From positions 1-53,727 of the IMG/VR virus record IMGVR_UViG_3300027721_000020: a stretch of DNA of 53,727 nucleotides. One strand, given 5' to 3'. A program made the position numbers and the translations under genes. Below, in pieces: positions 47,841 through 53,727 of the stretch; position 1 is the first letter of the stretch, and each line of letters starts with the position of its first letter. This DNA comes from a virus (lineage: Duplodnaviria; Caudoviricetes). The notes beneath the pieces are model-generated. The model did not search any database and was not told where the DNA came from. It saw nothing but the letters and a program-made list of their open reading frames with translations.

Positions 47841-47894
47841 TTTAAAAATAAGTTTAAAAAAGTTTGGAAATTGGAAAATAAGCATTAACTTTAC
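47841..47894 (+). promoter_or_regulatory. Duplicated early promoter, copy B (TTTG-N19-TAACTTTA)
   Basis: Near-identical to 37437..37491. Confidence 0.75.
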
Positions 47895-47931
47895 GGTATA
47901 ATTGATTGAATAAAATTTATTATTAATAATT

Positions 47932-47948
47932 TAAAAACTTGCAAAATG
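47932..47948 (+). promoter_or_regulatory. Start-associated box, copy 3
   Basis: TAAAAACTTGCAAAATG. Confidence 0.85.
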
Positions 47949-48107
47949 GAACAAATAGTAAAGAATATACGAATTAATACTTTTACAGACGCAAAAAAGG
48001 CTTTAAAGGAATCTGCGAAAAGAAATAAACAAGGTATCCCTACTTGCATCGCAGTATGTTACATAAATAATGTAAAAACATATCATTTAGGGCCTCGTAT
48101 TTTTTAA
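47946..48107 (+). CDS. Hypothetical protein, 53 aa (absent from ORF track)
   Basis: MEQIVKNIRINTFTDAKKALKESAKRNKQGIPTCIAVCYINNVKTYHLGPRIF; ATG inside conserved box. Confidence 0.65.
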   Translation: MEQIVKNIRINTFTDAKKALKESAKRNKQGIPTCIAVCYINNVKTYHLGPRIF

Positions 48108-48111
48108 CATG

Positions 48112-48127
48112 TAAAAACTTGCAAAAT
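48112..48127 (+). promoter_or_regulatory. Start-associated box, copy 4 (ATG displaced to 48132)
   Basis: TAAAAACTTGCAAAAT-AACA-ATG. Confidence 0.8.
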
Positions 48128-48131
48128 AACA

Positions 48132-48419
48132 ATGGTAAGAACAAAACCCCGAAGAGGTCCTAACGACCCTGTAATATCCTCTATTAAAATAGGGAGAAAA
48201 ATATATGAGGTAAAGAAAGGAGATTACATATTATACAATCAAAGCTGTTACCAATTTTATACTGGAGATAATAGGACCTTACGTTACAATAATCATACCT
48301 GCTATCGCTATATTATGCTACCATATTTGGCAATACAAGATATACCTCTGCATAAAATGAAAAAAATAATCGAGGAAAAGAACCTCACAAATTGGATATT
48401 GGAATACTATTTTTTCTAA
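48132..48419 (+). CDS. Hypothetical protein (MVRTK start)
   Basis: 95-aa ORF. Confidence 0.65.
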   Translation: MVRTKPRRGPNDPVISSIKIGRKIYEVKKGDYILYNQSCYQFYTGDNRTLRYNNHTCYRYIMLPYLAIQDIPLHKMKKIIEEKNLTNWILEYYFF

Positions 48420-48441
48420 ATAATCACTAAAATAACTAAGT

Positions 48442-48819
48442 ATGTACACGATAACAAAAGAATTTGAATTTTCAGCAAGTCATCAATTACTGTACCTAGC
48501 AGAAGGGCATCCTTGCAGCAGGCTTCATGGACATAATTATAGGATACGAATTGAGTGCAAAAATGCTGTTTTGAATAAAGCGGGGTTTGTACTTGATTAC
48601 CATGAATTAGAAGGTATTAAGACTTGGTTGAATGAAATGATTGACCATGAACACTTAAATAACCTAATGGAAGAAAATCCTACCGCTGAGAATATAGCAA
48701 CTATGATTTACCGGTATGTAAAGCACACATTGAAAATTTGGCAAATTTCTGCCGTAGAAGTGTCCGAAACTCCTAAAACAAATTGTCGATATGAGCCAGA
48801 TTATAATACCAAGTTATAG
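48442..48819 (+). CDS. queD: 6-carboxy-5,6,7,8-tetrahydropterin synthase
   Basis: FSASH, CSRLHGHNY, DHEHLN, PTAENIA, VSETP. Confidence 0.95.
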   Translation: MYTITKEFEFSASHQLLYLAEGHPCSRLHGHNYRIRIECKNAVLNKAGFVLDYHELEGIKTWLNEMIDHEHLNNLMEENPTAENIATMIYRYVKHTLKIWQISAVEVSETPKTNCRYEPDYNTKL

Positions 48820-49540
48820 CATTAATAATACAAATTTCGGAAACCCCGATAATTGTTTGCGAATTTCCGAGTTTTTTTGTGATACTATACAAGGAGAGGG
48901 GGTAAATATAGGAATGCCCGCTGCATTCCTTAGATTACAAGGATGCACACTAAATTGCAACTATTGCGATACAAAGGATATTTGGAAATTCGGCAGTGAT
49001 TACTCCTTCACCTACTTATTTGAATTGATGGAAACGTATCATCTCATCCCCAAATTAAGACAGGGAGTCCACTTGGTTATTACAGGAGGCAGTCCTCTGT
49101 TACAACAAAAAAACCTTATTTTATTTTTCAATAAATTTTCTAATAAATATAAATTCACTCCATATATTGAAATAGAAAACGAATGTATAATAATTCCACA
49201 TGAGGAATTAATTAATATGGTCTCGTGCTGGAATAATAGTCCTAAATTAAAATCAAGTGGTATGAAACCCCAAAATATAGTGGTGGAGTATATGCGGTAT
49301 TTACACAATAGTTGGTTTAAATTTGTTGTATCCTCGCAAGAGGATTGGATTGAAATAGCGGAAAGTTATTTGAATACAGGGTTAATTAATAAAGAGCAGG
49401 TAATATTAATGCCTAAAGGTGCTAATTTAGCTGAATTAGAAAAAAATAGGCAGCTAACTGTGGAATTAGCTATTCAAAACGGAGTGCGGTACTGCACACG
49501 TGAACACGTGGTTTTGTGGGACTTAGCAACGGGGGTTTAA
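48791..49540 (+). CDS. queE: 7-carboxy-7-deazaguanine synthase (radical SAM)
   Basis: ISEFF..IQGEG..FLRLQGCTLNCNYCDT, VITGG, SPKL, FKFVV. Confidence 0.93.
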   Translation: MSQIIIPSYSINNTNFGNPDNCLRISEFFCDTIQGEGVNIGMPAAFLRLQGCTLNCNYCDTKDIWKFGSDYSFTYLFELMETYHLIPKLRQGVHLVITGGSPLLQQKNLILFFNKFSNKYKFTPYIEIENECIIIPHEELINMVSCWNNSPKLKSSGMKPQNIVVEYMRYLHNSWFKFVVSSQEDWIEIAESYLNTGLINKEQVILMPKGANLAELEKNRQLTVELAIQNGVRYCTREHVVLWDLATGV

Positions 49541-49652
49541 TATTTTAAAAAAATATTTAAACTTTTTTTAAATTATTTTGTAGTATAGGTGTTCAACCGT
49601 TGGAAATTTGTTTTATCTTTACATTATAAATAAAAACAAAAATTTTAACAAT

Positions 49653-49669
49653 TAAAAACTTGCAAAATG
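49653..49669 (+). promoter_or_regulatory. Start-associated box, copy 5
   Basis: TAAAAACTTGCAAAATG; TATCTTTAC element upstream at 49614. Confidence 0.85.
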
Positions 49670-49894
49670 GAAAATTTAAAAAATGTCACCAAAAAACAAA
49701 TATCCTTTTATTGTGATTTTATAAAATTAAATTGGCAAGAAATATACGAAACCGAAGAGTCATTTTATGTGGAATGTGTAAGTAATAAACATTGTCATAT
49801 CGAGCACTTTACATCATGGGATAAAGATACCAATACTTACAGACTTTCAAAAAAAGATCTGAATACTCCAATAACTGGCAATTATTTTAAATAA
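49667..49894 (+). CDS. Hypothetical protein
   Basis: 75-aa ORF with conserved start box. Confidence 0.65.
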   Translation: MENLKNVTKKQISFYCDFIKLNWQEIYETEESFYVECVSNKHCHIEHFTSWDKDTNTYRLSKKDLNTPITGNYFK

Positions 49895-49962
49895 AAAATC
49901 CCTGCATGTTTCCTGCAAGTTCATGCAGGGCTACCCCGCTGCCGTAAATGGAGCGGGGTTTT
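49895..49962 (+). ncRNA. Putative two-hairpin small regulatory RNA; loop complementary to the start-associated box
   Basis: CCCTGCATG-[TTTCCTGCAAGTT]-CATGCAGGG then ACCCCGCT-N11-AGCGGGGT-TTT; GC-rich island in AT-rich intergenic DNA. Confidence 0.6.
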
Positions 49963-50009
49963 GGGAGTACAAAATTTTAGGTAATAAATAATAACTAATA
50001 CGTAATAAA

Positions 50010-50834
50010 ATGAAAGTAGCAGATTTGAAAAAAACCGCAAAAGAATTAAATGACATTCTTTTCGATGACAAAACCAAAATCAATGTGAATCAAAGCCAAT
50101 CGAGCTTAGAAAACCTTGTTAAAGAAGCAGCAACCTTACTGGATGAGGGAGAAGAAGAGGAGCTCACCGCCATAGCTAGGAGAGTAATCGCAGAATTAAA
50201 AGAAAATAAGGAAGAGGTTGACGAGGAAGAGGTTGACGAGGAAGAGGTTGACGAGGAAGAGGTTGACGAGGAAGAGGTTGACGAGGAAGAGGTAATTGCG
50301 ACTAAAAAAGTAACTAAGGTTCCTGTACCATCACCAGTTACCAAAATTAACAAAACTGAGCCTTTGCCAGAGGACAAAGAAGCAGATATGAGTTTTGATG
50401 ACTTGACCTTGCAAGAACAAGTGCAAGCCACAGCTGATTTATTGGAACTTAAAAAACTTGTGAAGTCAGAGGAAACCTTCAAATACCTAAGACATTGCAT
50501 AGGTATTCAAAAAGATGCAAAAAAATTAAAAACATCTATGTTATTAGCCATCAAGGCGGAGCAAGCTACACCGGTAAAGGCAGCATCTAAACCTGCACCT
50601 GTTAAAAAAGAAGTAGTAAAAAATACCGGTGATAAACCAGAAAGTTGTGAATCGGTTGCATCGAGATTAGTCGCAAGCAAAGCCACAGAAGCTGTTTGGC
50701 TCAGTACTTTTACCGCTATTTATAAGGCAAAAGGAAAAACGGACACTGCTTTCATCCAAAAAAGAATTGATATATACAAAGAGATTGCACTTAGAAAGGC
50801 CGGACTTTCAGTGGTAAAGCCCGCAAAAAAATAG
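50010..50834 (+). CDS. Hypothetical protein with acidic (EEVDE)n tract and K/A-rich C-terminus
   Basis: 274-aa ORF. Confidence 0.75.
   Translation: MKVADLKKTAKELNDILFDDKTKINVNQSQSSLENLVKEAATLLDEGEEEELTAIARRVIAELKENKEEVDEEEVDEEEVDEEEVDEEEVDEEEVIATKKVTKVPVPSPVTKINKTEPLPEDKEADMSFDDLTLQEQVQATADLLELKKLVKSEETFKYLRHCIGIQKDAKKLKTSMLLAIKAEQATPVKAASKPAPVKKEVVKNTGDKPESCESVASRLVASKATEAVWLSTFTAIYKAKGKTDTAFIQKRIDIYKEIALRKAGLSVVKPAKK
50211..50293 (+). repeat. 15-bp tandem repeat GAAGAGGTTGACGAG x5 plus partial copy
   Basis: Perfect copies at 50211, 50226, 50241, 50256, 50271. Confidence 0.95.
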
Positions 50835-50843
50835 TGTATTTAG

Positions 50844-50864
50844 AACCCTCATAATGAGGGTTTT
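50844..50864 (+). terminator. Short hairpin before folE
   Basis: AACCCTCA-TAA-TGAGGGTT-TT. Confidence 0.45.
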
Positions 50865-50884
50865 CCATCTTAATAATACTTAGT

Positions 50885-51466
50885 ATGAATAATAATTGTG
50901 TAATAAAAGATCAATCAGATCAAATCATGCAAACATTACTTTCCACCATATTACAATATATAGGAGACAATCCAAATAGAGAAGGTCTCCAAGATACACC
51001 AAAACGTGTAATAAAAAGTTGGAATGAGCTTTACTGTGGGTATTCACAATCCCCCGAAAGTATGCTAACCACATTTGCTGAGGATACCTCCGACCAAATA
51101 GTAGTTCTAAAGGACATTGAGCTATACTCCATGTGTGAACACCATATGTTACCATTCTTTGGAAAAGCCCATGTAGCATATTTACCTGATGGTAAAATAA
51201 TCGGTATTTCAAAATTAGCTAGGTTAGTTGATATTTACGCCCGTAGGTTGCAGATACAGGAACGTATAGGTGACCAAGTTACCTCTGCATTGATGCAATA
51301 CCTAAAGCCAAAAGGAGCTGCTTGCATAATTGAAGCCTCTCATATGTGTATGAGAATGAGAGGGGTTTCAAAACAACATTCAAAAATGATGACTTCAAGC
51401 ATGAAAGGAGTATTCCTGACTGATACAAATTTGGAAAGTAAACTGTTAACCATGATCTCATTATGA
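50885..51466 (+). CDS. folE: GTP cyclohydrolase I
   Basis: [45 protein letters not shown]. Confidence 0.97.
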   Translation: MNNNCVIKDQSDQIMQTLLSTILQYIGDNPNREGLQDTPKRVIKSWNELYCGYSQSPESMLTTFAEDTSDQIVVLKDIELYSMCEHHMLPFFGKAHVAYLPDGKIIGISKLARLVDIYARRLQIQERIGDQVTSALMQYLKPKGAACIIEASHMCMRMRGVSKQHSKMMTSSMKGVFLTDTNLESKLLTMISL

Positions 51467-51792
51467 AACGATATGTAATAGTTAATACCAGTTTTACCGC
51501 ACAACATTCATGGCCAGAGTGTGAACTTGCTTCGGTATTATTTTTGCAGTATACACACAGGCATAATTTTTATGTTACCTTGAAAATAGCAATATCTCAT
51601 AATAATAGAGATATTGAAATAATTAGGCTTAAAAATGCTGTGGATATATTTTTAGATTCCTATAGGAATACTGATATGGGTAGCAAATCTTGTGAAGACA
51701 TTGCAGAGGAGCTACTAAGGACCTTTCATGCAAATTATGTTAGTGTATTAGAAGACAATGAAAACGGAGCTGAAATATATGAAAACTATTAG
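51463..51792 (+). CDS. dpdL: QueD-paralogous T-fold protein, DpdL-like (proposed CDG decarboxylase)
   Basis: LQYTHRHNF matches LxxxHRHxF; [24 protein letters not shown]. Confidence 0.75.
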   Translation: MKRYVIVNTSFTAQHSWPECELASVLFLQYTHRHNFYVTLKIAISHNNRDIEIIRLKNAVDIFLDSYRNTDMGSKSCEDIAEELLRTFHANYVSVLEDNENGAEIYENY

Positions 51793-53176
51793 AACTATAA
51801 ATATAATTGATCCCAGCTCATCCGAGTTTAACCGAGGGAGTTTTTGTTATGCAGCCTATCTGGCATACAATTATTTAACCCAGAGTAAATTTGAGTATGA
51901 GGTTAATCTATTCGAGACGTTTATTCCTGAGGATATGGATAAATTGCCGAATGTAGATATAAATTTAGTTTGCCTCTGGTCATATCCACAAATCGAAACA
52001 TGCCAAATGTTGTATAATTTATTGCCCATGGCATTGGATGATAGCAACATTTATTTTATTGGGTATACTGAATTGATACTACATTTAGGTCTTCCTCATG
52101 CTAAACATGTGTTTTCCTTTGATTTTTTGAAAGACCGTAATTTTATTTTGGAATCCATAAAGGAATATCCTAAAAATTACCGTAATTTCAAAAGACTTCT
52201 ATTATCAGATTGTGATATGCACTTGAAAAAATTAGAAGTAGGTAATAATTTAGTTTACCCATTGTTTACTTCCTATGGCTGTCCTAATGGGTGTAATTTT
52301 TGTCCTTCAACAACCAATTGTGGAATGACAAGATTTTCCTTATCCATATGTGAAACTTTAGACCTACTTAGTGAATGTATATCTTTAGGAATCAATAGGA
52401 TTCATTTCACGGACGAGGATTTTTTCTACGATATTCATCGAGCGTACGGTATTTTAAACGGGGCTATTGAATTAATGGGAGGTTTTAATTTTATTGCCTT
52501 AGGTTCTGCCGAAGCTGTTTTACGGTATATATCTACCTACGGTACTGATAGTATTAGAGATAGTGGATTAAAGATTATTGAGATAGGTTTTGAAAGCGCC
52601 TCGGAAGAAATGTATGATTATTTAGGGGAAGGTAAATCATTAACAGCATGTGAAACCTTAGCACAAGGTCAATTAGCGTATCCATTTGATATATTCTGGT
52701 TAGTACAGACATTTTCAGTAGGGGAGACCATCGCATCATTGAATAAGACAGGTCTATTTATGCGGAAATATGGAAAAAATATAGACGAGGTTGTGGGTAG
52801 ATTGCGAACCAATGGGACTAAAGGAGGACTTGGGCAGTATTTTCAAGCATATCATGGTACCGGAATATACAAACGTGCAATGAAACATGGCAAATCCTTG
52901 ACAGATAGACCTATTAGATTATTTCCGAGTTATATTCCTAATTCTTTTTTGAATTCAGAACCGAAGGTAGTTTATCAGGAGCCGTACTGTCTACCGGCTT
53001 GGGAGTTCCAAATATGGTTAGATTTTTACCAAGTACCTACATCGGTTGTGAATTATCTTTTGGATACCATTAACGGAGAGCTTTCCGTTAGTGAACTATG
53101 TGAAGGTTATCCGAATTCGCATACAAAATTATATATCTGTTTAGCCATATTGGCTCGATTCCAAATAATCTCATAG
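51779..53176 (+). CDS. Putative cobalamin-binding radical SAM enzyme
   Basis: TSYGCPNGCNFC (CxxxCxxC), FTDEDF, GLKIIEIGFESAS, GET; ~150-aa N-terminal Rossmann-like domain; likely start MKTIRT. Confidence 0.8.
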   Translation: MKTIRTINIIDPSSSEFNRGSFCYAAYLAYNYLTQSKFEYEVNLFETFIPEDMDKLPNVDINLVCLWSYPQIETCQMLYNLLPMALDDSNIYFIGYTELILHLGLPHAKHVFSFDFLKDRNFILESIKEYPKNYRNFKRLLLSDCDMHLKKLEVGNNLVYPLFTSYGCPNGCNFCPSTTNCGMTRFSLSICETLDLLSECISLGINRIHFTDEDFFYDIHRAYGILNGAIELMGGFNFIALGSAEAVLRYISTYGTDSIRDSGLKIIEIGFESASEEMYDYLGEGKSLTACETLAQGQLAYPFDIFWLVQTFSVGETIASLNKTGLFMRKYGKNIDEVVGRLRTNGTKGGLGQYFQAYHGTGIYKRAMKHGKSLTDRPIRLFPSYIPNSFLNSEPKVVYQEPYCLPAWEFQIWLDFYQVPTSVVNYLLDTINGELSVSELCEGYPNSHTKLYICLAILARFQIIS

Positions 53177-53179
53177 GAT

Positions 53180-53727
53180 ATGAAAATATTAAATATACCA
53201 ATAGAACCAATAGGGGAGCGGTATTCAGTACAGTGGGATAGATGGTTTACTGATTACTTAGAGAAGTCCGGACTTGATTATACTACCGTATACGGTAACG
53301 AAACCAGTGGCATAATACAAACAGGCAGCTTTCTGGATGTTATCGAAACCAATGAATATAAGACAACCCAATTACTTGGAATTATTCAAATCCTTAAAAA
53401 TTGGAAATCAAAGGAAACATTAGTTCTATTTTTCCATGACTTATGGTTCCCTGGGTTACCTACAATAGCTTATATTAGAGATGGTTTGAAATTGAATATT
53501 AAGATCTGCGGTTGTTTGCATGCCGGTAGTTATGACCCACACGACTTTCTTACAAAAATGGGAATGGGGATTTGGGCTTCACACTCAGAAAATAGTTGGT
53601 GGAATATCGTAGACCTGGTTTTTTTGGCTACTAATTACCATGCGCAATTACTATGGAAAAATAGGATTATTCACTTTGATAAAATAAAGGTAACAGGATT
53701 CCCCATATTTCCGATTATACATAGCGC
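53180..53727 (+). CDS. N-terminal part of glycosyltransferase (continues at position 1-581)
   Basis: Open frame MKILNIPIEPIGERYSVQW...HDLWFPG...LHAGSYDPHDFL... running into the terminal repeat. Confidence 0.85.
   Translation, partial: MKILNIPIEPIGERYSVQWDRWFTDYLEKSGLDYTTVYGNETSGIIQTGSFLDVIETNEYKTTQLLGIIQILKNWKSKETLVLFFHDLWFPGLPTIAYIRDGLKLNIKICGCLHAGSYDPHDFLTKMGMGIWASHSENSWWNIVDLVFLATNYHAQLLWKNRIIHFDKIKVTGFPIFPIIHS
53595..53727. repeat. Terminal direct repeat, copy 2
   Basis: Matches 1..133. Confidence 0.95.

Noticed and set aside
39510-49700. Similar MEN(V/L)(K/T) N-termini at 39510, 43458 and 49667
   Set aside because: Explained by A-rich start-codon context; no further similarity
49895-49965. 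tRNA or preQ1 riboswitch near que genes
   Set aside because: No cloverleaf or T-loop; no preQ1-I stem plus A-rich tail arrangement; loop complementarity to the start box explains it better
50211-50293. Tandem repeat as possible CRISPR array
   Set aside because: No spacers; in-frame 15-bp coding repeat; no cas genes
1-53727. Alternative genetic code, DGR/reverse transcriptase, introns or inteins
   Set aside because: Genes are intact in code 11 with high coding density; no RT, homing endonuclease or intein motifs seen
1-53727. Restriction-site or G-context depletion linked to modification
   Set aside because: Cannot be counted reliably by eye; needs a k-mer observed/expected computation

Overview
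The window is an apparently complete ~53.6 kb tailed-phage genome. The last 133 bp repeat the first 133 bp with one mismatch, so it closes into a circle. It is siphovirus-like (1401-aa tape measure, no sheath gene) and probably infects a Bacteroidota host, judged from TTTG-N19-20-TAnnTTT(G/A) promoters and A-rich, Shine-Dalgarno-free starts. The minus strand (14.5-37.3 kb) carries terminase, portal, head, tail and small membrane genes. The plus strand carries a near-autonomous replication/recombination set: PolA with a degenerate UDG domain, beta-clamp, clamp loader, primase, DnaB-like helicase, initiator with iterons plus DnaC-like loader, SNF2 helicase, RecA, UvsY/gp32-like proteins, RuvC and a split SbcCD. 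The plus strand also carries a 7-deazaguanine DNA-modification pathway (queD, queE, folE, dpdL-like, dpdA; no queC/queF/arcS seen) extended by a putative cobalamin-dependent radical SAM enzyme and a GTDC1/QTMAN-like glycosyltransferase that spans the contig junction. Three candidate novel systems stand out. (1) A probably undescribed hypermodified deazaguanine base. (2) A small two-hairpin RNA whose loop (UGCAAGUU) is complementary to a box (TAAAAACTTGCAAAAT) found at the starts of five early genes. (3) A shared M-x-R-T-K peptide in eight unrelated proteins, encoded with varied codons. No integrase or endolysin was recognised. All protein calls come from motif recognition by eye, not database searches.
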